From Lingula anatina (taxonomy: Eukaryota > Animalia > Brachiopoda), in assembly GCA_051362555.1 (NCBI GenBank), contig CM120645.1:14880001-14944000 (forward strand): DNA of 64,000 bases. The letters are read 5' to 3'. The notes below the pieces were generated by a model. It saw only the letters and a list, made by a program, of their open reading frames with translations, was not told where the DNA came from and ran no database searches. A program made the translations under genes and the position numbers. Below, piece after piece: positions 1 to 12,829 of the stretch. The stretch's first letter is position 1, and each line of letters begins with the position of its first letter.

Positions 1-348
1 CACTGCTTAAGTTTCACTATACTCATCTAACTACTGGCTACACGTGGTATATTGTTGCAAAAAAGGTTATATAGATAAAATCTAGAATTATGATCCAATG
101 TTTTTTCAGCGTGCACAAAGCACTGTAAACATCATCTTAACCACCGATATTGTCTTTGCTTTTTGTGAAAACACCATGATAAAATGAATCAGATTCACTA
201 AGCCTGTTGTAATCTAGGGGGACTGAAGATGGCAACTGTTTGTAACAATAGAAAACCGATCGATATTGACAAAATATAAAATTACATCAGAGGGATGGAA
301 GACAACTGCTACGCCTGGCAGCCGCCTGATTGGAGGCTATTTCAATAC

Positions 349-3300
349 CTTGCGCTGCTGTTCTCTTTGCCTTACATATGTATGGCCGACTACTTAAACA
401 GTGAAGATCGTTCAGATGATAATCTGGAAAAATCTCTACGCAGTTTTGTGGCCCAGACAAATTGTTAGGCTGTCCTGGGGACCATATTCTGTTTCAAATA
501 TGAAATAAAAAATGAAACTCGTTACAGTATTGTGATGACTTATCATCAACATATGCATAAGAAGTTAGAGTGAAGCTGTGGCGTATTCATTTCGAATAGT
601 CAAAATACAAAGCTGGAAAAACAGTATTTCACTTTATTTTATGTTATATAGTCATCAATTCATTATCAGTATCAATTTATTTTACGTTTTTTATTAATAA
701 TTTACACTGTAAGACCAGTATGTTGCACATCTAGCGCATGTCTTAAAACATCAGAGGAAATACATGTACAATGAATTATAATAATTAGGCAAATTCATTG
801 GCAAAAAGTGCAAATTGCATGAATTGTTAATACTGTCTCTGAATACTTACGCAAGGGATGTATCAGTATTGCCGTTAGACCATAGGAATTTGTTGCCATT
901 CAGCTTGTTATAGCCAGTCCACCATTTACTATTGTTTGGATCGTGATTCCGATATGTTCTCAACACTGAGTTCAACCATTCCTGACGATTAAAATATAAT
1001 AGGATAATAGTTCAAATAAGGTGCGATATATAGATCTTTACAATCATGAATAATATCATTTTTATCATTGGTGCTGTATACATTGAATTACTTCAGATTG
1101 AACAAATTAATATGCTTCGAAAAAATCATTTCCTTTCAAATAATAATATTTTACAGACACTTGCTTGAATGACTGCAATTACTGAAGGCTACAGCTTTAG
1201 CAGATATTTAGCCTGAATCTAAAATGTCAAGGGGTTTATCTTATTTAAGGTTTTCTTTATAGTATCAGTTGCGTTGTTAGACACTATGCATTTCATGAAC
1301 TCTTGCCAGTCAAAAATTGAATCCTTAAAAAAACATTTAAATCCAAAAACTCTCCACGTGTGACTTTTTTTTTCTTTTCGTCGATTCTTCATCGATATCT
1401 AGTTTGACATATACTCATTCATCTGTCTAATGTAAGAAGGACTTGGTTGCTTTACCTTTTCAAGTTTAGACGAAAATGAAACCAGGTCACCTCCATTAAC
1501 CACGCAGTCGGTCCTTGCCTCAGCCCAAGGTTTGCTTGCTTTTATGTCATTGAATTGGTAACAGTCATTGTTCACTGGGCATTCGATGTAACCTGGTGGG
1601 CACTGGCTTTGGATGGCTAGTCAAAACAATGTCTTGATGTCAAAATAACAGTCATGTTGTGAATAAGATGCACTGAAATAGCTCTGGTATTTTAAAAATA
1701 ATTTTATCATTTTGATTTTAGAATTAGTTCAAAGTTAATGATATATTCAATGAATTGCCTTTTTTTGGAGAAAAGAAAGTTTTTTTAAAAAAAGTAAGAC
1801 GCTGAAATCGCTTTCACTTAATTGCAGCTGTCCTGAGCTGGGTGCAATTAGTGGGGAGGCAGGTTTGTAACAAAATGGAGGGATTTAAAAGTATCCTCAT
1901 TTATAACATAAAGGCAAATGTTGAAAAAATCGGACCAATTTTACAAGAAAAAAGATGATGAAACTGACCAGAAAGCAGTAGAAGTTTTACATGCCTTACC
2001 CTCCCCCCCCCCCCCCCAACACAGAACTTTTTGATAACGTTACCATGGGGTTACATATTTTTAGATCATCAGCAAACGGTAACAGAGCTTTATTCTAACG
2101 TTTTACACCGCCACTTTTATAATCAATGATCCGAAAAACGTTGCCAGCGCGTTATGAATAAGATCTACAGAAGAAGGGACGCCCACAATTAAGCATGAGT
2201 TTTGTATATCTTCAAATAATCAAATACACTGGTTAGTTATAAGTTCACCCTACTTTTAACATTTTGTCAGTACACTGTAAATGTTATTATGTAACGTTTA
2301 TGTCTCCTCCATCCCAGCGTACCACAAACTTGCGTGGTCCCATTCATAACAAAAGAGAAGGCAACAAAGACTATCGGTTGTTCCTGATTTGGCCAAACAA
2401 GGCCGCTTTTATTATATAAACTCACTATCCTAATAATTTTAACAATATTAACAATGTAGCAAATTGTTGCCTGCATTAAATGTTATGGCCTTAGGGATAA
2501 AATTAAACATGAAATATTAAATAAGACTCATCATCCTAAAAGTTATGATGTGACGAGTCAGCAAAAGTTATTATTTTCAAACAATTTTGCACAAATTTCG
2601 TTTGTGGGGTTGCAAAGAGGCTTTTCTTTCCCCAAAACATTGACAAAACTTTCCTTTGAAACATTTCCCAAATGTTACTCTTGATAACGCTATGGTAACA
2701 GAAACCGAACGTTGTCTCAATGTTCTTGGAACATTGTGTTGTTAACTGGGTTTTATTACGTATCACATAAGAAATCTGTGCACAAAAATCCTGCTAATGT
2801 TTCGTCATCCCAACAAGGACGTGACTAATGTGCATATTTCTTAATAAAATATGTAAAGAACCTGACTCCTTGTATGTTTTACCATGTAAATCATCTTTGG
2901 GCCAAGATTAGTGTTCAAATTCGATGTAAGTCCTCTTATTAAATGACCAGATATCTTGACCGTGGTCATTTGATGATCATATGACAGAGGTCAATAGCAG
3001 ATCATTGCTATCGCAGAATGACCAGTTCTAATGATACGAAATGATACAGCGAGTAAACGGCCAATGATAAAGAATCTCTTCCGAAAATTAAACCGACGTT
3101 GTTAAACACTGCTCAGTTGCCCACAGCTACTGTTGACGGTTGAAATGTTCCATAAAATAAGCTATATTATATACATTGTTTGCAAGCTATAAAATCATTA
3201 TTATAGTACAAAACATTTTATAGCAAGCATGTACACATAATTTCTAATACCAACCCTGACTCAATTTGGTAATACCACAGGCGATAATAGCGATCGAACA

Positions 3301-3534
3301 CATTTTTAAAAACGGCGTGAACAAATAAAACGAATGGGATACTGAAATTCAGCGCATTTCTTTTATCGACTAAAAACTTATCCTTATGCTCACACAATAA
3401 AACTTTGCATTTCGTAATGCACTTTAATATGTACATGTACATAATGTGAGCAGTTAAAAACACCTACCCCAAGTTGTATATACCATATTAAAGAAGGATA
3501 TAGCCGCTAATGCCATGTACACTCTTGCCATCAT
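349..3534 (-). CDS. Secreted C-type lectin domain protein (4 exons; may splice on beyond the left edge or end at 287)
   Basis: Exons 3468-3534 (MMARVYMALAAISFFNMVYTTW, signal peptide), 1456-1616 (IQSQCPPGYIECPVNNDCYQF...WAEARTDCVVNGGDLVSF), 851-981 (EWLNSVL...WWTGYNKLNGNKFLWSNG) and 349-488 (IWSPGQPNNLSGPQNCVEIFPDYHLNDLHCLSSRPYICK). All GT-AG, phases 1-0-2 consistent, canonical CTLD cysteines and WxG motif. The last exon has a phase-1 donor at 349; read-through gives a stop at 287-289. Confidence 0.88.
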
Positions 3535-5545
3535 TTCGGTCTGTTCTTTTTGTAACACGTTGTTCTCGTGGGTGAAAATGATGTCTTGCACGTGAAGCAG
3601 GTGCTTTATAAGGTGAAAGTTAGGTTGTAGAGGGTGAAAAACGTGGTTTGCCGACACATTTAAAAAGGCGCTTCGAGCGTGTGAAGAAAAGATATTATTG
3701 TTTTTTTTCGCATACTGATCGTTTGTAAAATGTTTTCACACAAATACAGATTTCTATTGATTTCTATTGATTTTAACAACTACATTTTCGGGAGAGACAT
3801 ACCGGTATGTGTACGAAGAAAAAGTTCGTGTTACCCTCTCTCGCCTCCTTGTTTCTCCTTCTAGTTGCGTAACTCATTTTATCCATAACCGTGGGAAGGT
3901 GATACACTGTATATGAATGCTATAAAGCCGAATGCACCCCCTCCCCCCCCCCCCCAAAAAAAAAGGCAGTTGCCACGAGTTTCCATTATTTTTATTTTCT
4001 GTCTATATCGAATGTCCGCCGATGGCGATTCAATTCTTAATATTTTTACTTTAAAAAACGGTTGTTATTCAGTGCTGCGTGGTTTAAAAACTTTTTTTTT
4101 TAATTTGAAATACAACTCTAAAAACCCAGTTTGATTATCAAGAATTAAAAATAATGCTATAAAATCCGTTGGAATACGCCTCGCAATTACAGTATATATT
4201 ATGCATAAAAACGCCCCTATTCCGTATATACCCTTTTTACCTACTCGTCAGCATATTGTTTCAAAAACGAGTTTTACGAAATAATGTAATGCCAATTTGA
4301 ATTGTCTGTTTAGACGCTATTGTGTTGTGAAACCCATTTGTTTAAAATAACATAATCCCCCAGTTTCCAATAGTTTCCCAATTTGTTAGTGCATGAAGCA
4401 TATTACATTTTTGTCACGGTTTTTGGACCGCAGATTGAACGGGAGACTATCCTTCAATGTTACATTTGATACCCTTTTTATGCATAGAAATCTCTCAAAG
4501 CTATTTATCTGTTCCACGCTAGACCTTCGAAACGACCACACACACACACGCGCGCGCGCACAAAAAGTTGCCTGATGTCGATGTTTTCTTCTGAAATGTA
4601 CAGGAACATATGGTCACCTTAATGTTTTTTTAGAACTAAAGTATTTAATTAACAGTGGCAAAAAACATCGAAACCAAGAACAGGGACGGGTCTAGCAGTG
4701 ATTTGTGAGTAGGTAAAAAATGTTATTAGCTTTGGCGTGAAAATCAAGTTTAGGGAAGCCAGTAGTATCGCAAATTGAAACAGTTCGGTTTAAAGGACTC
4801 ATGACTAATAATCGACAGGCACAGGGACTAATATCTTGAACAAGAGTCCTTATCAGTCTGTATAGAACTTTCACAGACAGTGCGTCACAACGTCAATACA
4901 TTTGTGAAATACCAACACACTTTTGCCAAGCGACAAACGAAAACTACACTCATAATTATCTTGGAGAAATGCACAAGTCGGTTATAAATACACTTGGCTT
5001 TATGGTTTGATCGTAAGTCACAGACATCGCTTATATTATTCTATAAATTTATTATGAAAATTATGTAGAAGGAAAACATAATTTATGCACTTTCAAGTAC
5101 ATATTGCGAATAAAGTCAAAATGACCTGTTTAACATTACAGCCTCCCTAATTCTACATTTTCAATTTCATCGCAGCCAAAGCCAAAATTTTTAAAATGAA
5201 TAACAAAACAAAACAGCATTCATCACCTACACTGAGACGAGCTGTTGTGCAATAATAAGAAACTCGGGCCTATCTGGTTGTTGTTTGATGGGAGAGTAAT
5301 CATGATGACATCATGGGCACTTACAAGAGAACTGATACCGGGTATCTATAACACCGGTCTCTGTCTGTTTGGTATTTACCTTTCACAGACTGTGTTCACA
5401 ATGCTAGAAGTGATATACAAGGTACATCAACAACACGCGGTTGTCATGTAGCAAACACCGATTTAACAGGGTCTGACGTACGAGTACGTTAACGTTGGAA
5501 AGGCGTCCACAAGAAGTTATTAGAGGGCCGGCAGGATTGATAATA
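2900..5545. repeat. Segmental duplication copy A (promoter + signal-peptide exon + part of intron 1); copy B at ~12200-14500
   Basis: Many colinear shared blocks, e.g. cattgctatcgcaga.tgacca (3003/12297), aaagaaggatatagcc (3490/12785), gcaggtgctttataaggtgaaagt (3597/12901), tgattatcaagaattaa (4132/13451), ttcacagacagtgc (4870/14191), gtccacaagaa (5505/14463). Confidence 0.9.
3605..3610 (-). promoter_or_regulatory. TATA box of the C-type lectin gene
   Basis: TATAAA on the minus strand ~70 bp upstream of ATG 3534; conserved in the paralogous cassette at 12909-12914. Confidence 0.6.
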
Positions 5546-5951
5546 CTGATAATATAAATGACCAGTCCAGCTTTTTTGTTTATCAGAAAGATAAAAACAG
5601 CAGGCGAACTATTCCCTTTGAGAGCTAATACACTGTTCCAGATATGCGGAAAAACCGCTGGATAGATGGTTATGCAAACCAATGACACATTCTCAGTCTG
5701 ACATCGAGACGTATTGAAGAAATGCTCCAATGAAGTCGAAATATGTCAAAAATATAAATGCCGCCATTAGTGCGCAGCTTGTCACATTCATTAAAGTTTG
5801 TCTCTTTTCCTTCTTGTTATATGTAGGAATTACGTACCTACATTATTTTTCCTGTCAGGGGGATATCTAATTTTGATAATTTACAGCATTTGCGACATAA
5901 CTGACCGATCATGGGGTGAGTCACTTGATCTGACTTCCCACTAACACAATA

Positions 5952-5956
<5 letters not shown>

Positions 5957-5998
<42 letters not shown>
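5957..5998. repeat. (TAT)n microsatellite
   Basis: Direct reading. Confidence 0.9.
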
Positions 5999-6000
<2 letters not shown>

Positions 6001-6580
6001 GCACAGTGAATAATACACATTAAAACGGAAACTGTTTTACCATATCGAATGTAAAAAAAGATGAACTACAATAAAAAAGACCGACTTAAATAAAAAAGAT
6101 GAGTTACGATTAAAATAATTACTATGTTTTATTATTAAAATGAATAATGGAGGTTGGTTGAAAGCTTGTTTTAATTTTGTTGTCTCCCTCTGTCATTGAA
6201 TTTCTTTTTTTTTTAATTCATTTCATCTGCAGACTCTATTTCGGTATCAAGTAGTGTCAAGCTCCATTTTAATTAAAGGAGCCGCGAATCCGAAAAAGAA
6301 AAGATCAGGGATTGTGTACTCATATCAAATATGCATAAGCGTTCTCCTTTTCTCTCGCAGATGTCCAGTGAAAGTATACCGAAGTTATGCCATGAAATAC
6401 ATGGACTCTAAAAGCGATGAATACCTAGGCATTTGAACTTATGTTTTGTTAACAAACGCTCAGCGAAAATTGGGCTGCCTCATTGATTTCTATAACAATG
6501 ATATTTTAATTTAAAACAAAATGATTGTCATAACCATCAGTTACTTTGCGGAATTATAATTGGGAAAAAGGACCAAACAA

Positions 6581-6654
6581 CGAGCTCGCCAGGACTCGAA
6601 CCTGGAATCTTCTGCTCCGTAGGCAGACGCGTTCTCCAATTGCGCCACGAGCCC
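6581..6654 (-). tRNA. trnR-ACG: tRNA-Arg (anticodon ACG)
   Basis: Minus strand GGGCTCGTGGCGCAATTGGAGAACGCGTCTGCCTACGGAGCAGAAGATTCCAGGTTCGAGTCCTGGCGAGCTCG. Acceptor stem GGGCTCG/CGAGCTC, anticodon stem TCTGC/GCAGA with loop CTACGGA, T-loop GTTCGAG, and a TTTTT Pol III terminator ~12 nt downstream. Confidence 0.93.
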
Positions 6655-7371
6655 TTCTCGAAAAAAGCATGTGAAATCGCTGCCTGAACCATTAACATGG
6701 TTTTTATGGCCGTGTCACAAACGGATGTTTTGGCCACATTTTGTAACAAGAATTTATAGTAAGTTAAATGTCAGATTTAATTTCCATTTTTCTGCAGTTT
6801 CAAAACAAATCAAAATGGTCATATTTCAGATATACCGTTCACTAGTCCCATAAGAAAGCGGTCATTCCAACCGCCCGCTCAAACGTTCTTGGCAGACGAC
6901 TGGCTTCACGCACAGTTTTGTAAAAAAAGAAATACACGTGAGTTTGCTTTGACTGAACGGTAGATTATTGTAGTGACCCATAAATAATTTTTGCAGCCGT
7001 CCGGGAAAATTTTGTGAGTTTTGAGGCAAATTTGAAGTTTACTTTTCCTTTAAATAAGGGTGTTTTGCCCTTACAAATGAGTGGCTTCATCAAGAATTCC
7101 TAGAATCTCATTATTGAACGTATTACACTTCAAAAATTAATCTCAATGGGATTTGAATAACTCACCAATGATATATTTTGTTAGTTTTATTAATTTTCAT
7201 TAATATCAGTATTATCAGTTATCATTAAGTCGTAGCAGAAGCGTGGCTGTTCCAATGTTTTTTTTACTTTAAACTTTCGTATTATATCTGCTCAAAATTC
7301 AGTCGACTTTATAGTTTCTTAGCCTGGTGGATTTGATGTCTATCTTGTCTGCAGGTCGGCATGTGTTGTCT

Positions 7372-9660
7372 CTAAGGTGGGGGTGTCAGATTGGAACAAT
7401 CTAATTCCTCGCAGCACTTGCCAGGTTTAGGGGGCATCAGTGTACAGCCAGCGGGCACCACGGACCAATCAGGACACCTGGAATAAGGCTGAAGATAAAC
7501 ATCGTCTGCTCGAAACAATAACATTTGTAGTCATTGATTCTCAACTAACCAGAAGATCGATGTTAAAAACTGTTGCAGTATTTTTATTTCTTTTGTACGG
7601 CCACCAACATTTAATTGCCCATATAGGCAATCAAGCTTATCTGGCTAGGAAACTCTCACTCAGAAATATACACATTTTTCCATTAAACGTGCAAAATAAA
7701 ATAACGTACTAGAAAAGCAGACATCATATCATTTATTCTATTTATTTCACTATTTCAATCTTCGACATATTTTTCAGTGAGAGTTACACCTTGTTACGAC
7801 TGACTTACAAAGGTTCACAGAAGGTAAAGTTCATGGTTGGTACAACACATATGCATCGCTTCTCACAGCCAATAGTCCAACCCTCTTTCTCCTTGTAGAA
7901 TATATTATTCACTACGCATCGGTCTAAAATAAAACATAACAAAACGGCATTTTAGGGTGTATTTGGATAGACAGTGGCGATTAATATAGCGAATCGGTTC
8001 TGGCGGGTATGACCAATTTTAAAAGCTCCATCATTTGTTAGTTCTCTAATCTGATCTAATTACAAACGGTTTTGTTATAATGTATGCAAAACTTAACTAC
8101 CTGGTGGTTTCTGACATTTGAACTGTCCACTGGTTAGCGGTTCACACTGTACCTTACGTCCATTGTAAAGAGGACAGGGGTTTGGCTTGCAGGGATCTGT
8201 GAAAAGCGAAAATAAAATGCACAAAGTAAAAAGACACATGTATACAAAAACTGACACAAACATTTAGGTGAATAATGAATACTGTAATAATACAAAGTAC
8301 AAGTTACTTAATAAGCAAGACAAAGTATTTGCAAATGCCAACCAAAAATACACATTCATACCGATCCTAATTTGGAACAGTAGAAAAAAAACAGATCATA
8401 AAGTCTCGATATATTTCTTTACGCGCAGGTTTATATTCACTTGCTTTAGCCATACCTGTCACTGCCGTGATAGCACTGCTGGCACTTGCAGAAGCTGTAG
8501 TTAATTTTGTTGTGGAAATAGTGGTCGCCATTTCTGTCGTAGCACCAGTTGTGGGTGTGGTCGTAAATGTCGAAGCTCTTGTTGTGGGTGTTACTTTTTG
8601 AGCACTAGTTGTGAGTTTCGGCGTTACTGTCTTAGAACTTGAAATAGGTGTGGTTGTTTCTGACGCAGTACCAGTTGTCAGAGTACTTGATTTTAAATTA
8701 CTACTAATAGGTGTTCTCGTTTCTGTTGAGGTGCTGGTAGTAAAAGTACTCCTTTCTGTTGTGGTGCTTGTTACAGGTCGATTCGTTTCCGTACCTGTAC
8801 CAGATCTAGGCGTAGACGTTTTTGTCGATGAACTGATTGTATAAGTAGTCGTCACTTTCGTAAGACCAGTCTTAGGCTTTGTCGTTTCTGTTTTACTGGT
8901 TGTAGAAGGCGTAGTCGTTTTTGTAGTTACACTAGTTGTAGAAAGTGTTTTTGTTTTTGATGTAGAAACACTGGAAATCACAGCGTTGCTCAGCGGGGTT
9001 CTACTCGTAGATGGCGATGCTGTTGTTTTAGTCTTGCCGGGGTAACTTTGTGTGGATGTCGCAGTCATTGCCTGCCTCGAACAAGAATAACCAATGTTTT
9101 CCTTCAGTTTAGCAAGGCTATCGGGGTCATCAATATGTGTCACGTGGGTTTTGTATGGGACGCTCGCCATAGTTTGCAGAGAGCTGTAGTCGGTTTTGGT
9201 GTGCATACCAACGGCGTATATTTCAATTCCTTGTTTTCGAGCCAGCTCAGCCTCGATTGTCGTCTGCTTCTTGTCATCCGGGTATCCATCTGTGAAAACT
9301 ACAGCAATTTTTGGCACTCCCCATCTCGCCCCGACAGGTTTAGCCGGGTTCAGGTAAGCAAGGTGTGTAAGTCTTAACGATGTGTGGGTGTAGGTGGCAC
9401 CACCCACGTACTTAGCTGTTTGGATTTTGGCCAAGATATTGCTCATGGTTGTGGTGTCCTTTAAGGTTGCTGCGATGTTACAGCCATTCCCGAATGTAAT
9501 CAGGCTAATACGAACGTTATGCGTACCAACCGCAAAAGTGCTGTTTACAAGGACGTGAATAAAACGCAACGCTTGTCGAAATTTAGTTTTACCAACACTT
9601 CCAGAGGAATCAACAAGTATTGCAATGTCAGCCTTTGATTGGCAACCTGGAAAAGACGTC

Positions 9661-9702
<42 letters not shown>

Positions 9703-12700
9703 TTAGTTAAAATGGATAGCTGTAAAGCTCATATGGGATCACAGATGGGCGTGACGTAGGAGATGCCGTCACATATTGGCAAGGCGTAGATTAATATGAC
9801 GTCATATGTGCTTTTGAGGTACTGAAAGTTGGTGGCACTGTTGAATGTTCGGTTGGTACAACTGAATAGTTAAGAAAAACAAAAATATTTAATGCATACC
9901 ATAAAGATAAAAGATGTTAAAAAACAAACCTAGTTATATAGTGAAACCCCATGCACTGGTGTTTCTACGGCTAATGAAGGCCACCTTGGGCTTTTTCAAA
10001 ACTTTTTTATAGAAGATGCTGACTTGTTCTTCAACAGATGTATAGAGACAATATGAATTTTCTTTTAATTTCCTGTTCTACATGTTCGAAACACCTACCT
10101 CTCGGTATCATGTACAATTGGTTGGCCCACCGTCCACCTTCTCCATTTGATTGGCATCTGGTAGAAGGCCCGTATTTCATATATGTTTGCTCGGCGTTAT
10201 AGGAGGAGGCACACCATCCACCGTTCTGTACGGCAAAATATTGGTACCCGCGTTTCTTTGCAGCTTGGTAGCATTTCTCGATTGGGTTCACTCTTGTTGT
10301 GTAACTCCCGTCAAGGATAAGATCTTTACCTTCTAAAGTTGGAACTGCCCTGTCTGTCTTGTCAGCCCAGCAACCCAATTTTATAAAATCTATGAATAAT
10401 CAAGTAAAGAAGCTCTAAGAAAGCATGTATATCAGTGGAAATTTTGGGGTCACTCTTCTTCCTCTAATTATTATTATTTTTACTTTTATCGCCGCTAACG
10501 CAAAGGGCAAAATGGAAAAAAACATATCCCCGATAGACTGCTGGTGGATTTAGTGGACTATTTGGGATAAAGTTTTTTCTTAGAGGTTCCCACGCGTTTA
10601 TCACCCATATGATATATATATAAGGTGTGTAACGAGTGCATAATTGTGTGTAAATGTGATCCCTTCCCAGATTCCTACGGCTTATGACGGTCACCTTAGA
10701 TTTTTTAGATCAAAATACCTACATGTTATCCACCAGATGAGACAAAAAGAATTTCAATTTTCCTTTAATTTCTTATTCAGCTTATGTCGAAACACTTACC
10801 ACTCGGTATCATGTACAGTTGATTGGCCCACCGTCCACCTTTTCCATCTGGTTGGCAACTAGTAGAAGGACCGTATTTCATATGTTTTTGGTCGGCGTTA
10901 TTGGAGGAGGCACACCATCCACCGTTCTGTACGACAAAATACTGGTACCCACGACTCTTTGCAGCTTGGTAGCATTTCTCGATTGGGTTCACTCTTGTTT
11001 TGTAATGTCTGTCGAGGATGGGATCTTGACCTTCTAAAGTGGGAACTGCCCTGTCTGCCTTGTCAGCCCAGCAACCCAGTTTTATATAACCTGTAAAGAT
11101 ACAAGCTGCGCTACAAGTACATGTCTATATCAATGGAAAAACTGGGGTCACTCTTTTTATTATTATGAAAATTATTGTTAAAAAAATACAAGGGTTTCAA
11201 CAAATACAGGGAAATGCAAATAAGTCATCACTCTGAAATAAAGTAAAAGTTAGTTTGTTTCTTAGTGTCTTCCACATTCTTATTACCTATGATATTTACC
11301 TTTAAATTTTCTGTTCTACATGTGTCGAAAAACTTACCGCTCGGTATCATGTAGATTTGATTGGCCCATCGTCCACCTTCTCCATCTGGTTGGCAATTGG
11401 CAGAAGGACCGTATTTCATATATGTTTGTACGGCGTTATTGGAGGAGGCACACCATCCACCGTTCTGTACGACAAAATATTGGTACCCGCGTTTCTTTGC
11501 AGCTTGATAGCATTTTTGGATTGGGTTCACTCTTGTTGTGAAACGCCCGTCAAGGATAGGATCTTTACCTTCTAAAGTGGGAACTGCCCTGTCTGCCTTG
11601 TCAGCCCAGCAACCCAATTTTATATAATCTGTGAATAATCAAGCTGCTATAAGAAGGCGTCTATATCAATGGAAAAGTTTGGGGTCACTCTCATTATTAC
11701 TCTCAACGGTAAGGATTCACATTTTACCCACCATGTATGTATATATTGTAGCAGTATTGAAGGCAAACATTGAAAACATTGAGAAGTAGACATTATTTGA
11801 TAATGGGCACTATATACTCTTGGTTGTTGTTTATAACGATACAACCAATGTATTTTCCTGTAGCATTGGCATTTTACCAAATTCCCCAAGGATACAAGCT
11901 TGTTTCCTGACGGATATGTATAATGGGTGTTATTGGGATGCGAAAACCCACTGATCAAAAAATCTCTGCTATATTCTCCGCCATATCATCAAACCAAGGT
12001 TAGGCAACCTCACTGACGATTACATTAGATGAGATTTAAAACCAATACACGTATACTGCAAAGGGGTACAGTTCAGTTGCAAAATAATGGGGGTAGGTGT
12101 AAAAAAATTCTATACCATCTAGTAACTTTTCTAAAAACAAATTACATATTATACCCAAAGAGACAACCAGTATCTTTTGTCAAATAAACTATTTTCGGGT
12201 CCAAGTTTCGGGTTCGAACTTGATTTAGGTCCTCTAAATCACCAGGTATTTGAGTCTGCTTATTTAATTGTCATATTACAGAGGTGTATAGCAGACCATT
12301 GCTATCGCAGAGTGACCAATGCCATTGATACGAAATGATAAATCGAGTAAACAGCTAATGATATAGAATACCGAAGACTGAAATCACGCTGTTGAACACT
12401 ACTCAATTGCCTATATCTACTATTCACAAAGGGGGTGATTGAAATGTTCCATAATCTTAAGCTATATTGCTTATTGTTCACAAGCTACAAAAAACACTTT
12501 TATTTTTAGAAAGCATTTTATTACATAAAAAATCAACCCTAACTCAATTTGATGTTATCAAAAGCGATAAGTAGCGATCGTCCACATGTTTAAAATGCGA
12601 TTAAATATTTCGAAAAATATACTGATATGTAACGCATATATCTTCCATTCCAGGCAACATAATTTTTCTTTATACATGTACATACACCTAATAACGTTGC

Positions 12701-12829
12701 ATTACATAAAGCACTACAATATTAACATGTTTTTAGTACAATGTAGTCAAAAACAGACCTACCGCGAGTTGAATATACCGCATTAAAGAAGGATATAGCC
12801 ACCAGTGTCAAGTTCACTCTCGCAATCAT
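7372..12829 (-). CDS. Secreted mosaic protein: signal peptide, 3x WSC-like repeats, VWA, Thr/Ser-rich mucin stalk, short EGF-like, VWC (~815 aa, 8 exons)
   Basis: Exons 12763-12829 (MIARVNLTLVAISFFNAVYSTR); 11338-11628, 10800-11090 and 10099-10389 (each 291 nt, LGCWADK.DRAVPTLEG...C...FxVQNGGWC); 8456-9646 (VWA with MIDAS DSSGS/T/TDG, then T-rich tract); 8101-8196 (DPCKPNPC...C...C); 7809-7923 (C...Y...W..GCEKRCIC...C); 7372-7477 (CP....CTL....GKCC...C, TAG). All junctions GT-AG and in phase. Confidence 0.88.
9661..9701. repeat. (ATAG)n microsatellite next to the VWA exon acceptor
   Basis: Direct reading. Confidence 0.9.
10050..11695 (-). repeat. Three tandem exon+intron units carrying the WSC-like repeats
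   Basis: Near-identical 291-nt exons with exon 3' ends at 10099, 10800 and 11338. Flanking intron sequence is also shared (tatatca.tggaaaa...ggggtcactc at ~10428, 11126, 11662). Confidence 0.9.

Noticed and set aside
2267-2476. ORF with a hydrophobic stretch as a candidate lectin leader exon
   Set aside because: No good acceptor or start context; the 3468-3534 exon is supported by a TATA box and a paralogous copy.
8611-11575. Plus-strand ORFs overlapping the VWA, mucin and WSC exons
   Set aside because: Antisense shadows of real minus-strand exons.
11878-11950. Possible extra exon between the leader and first WSC exon
   Set aside because: 73 nt would break the phase-1 frame and shows no domain similarity.
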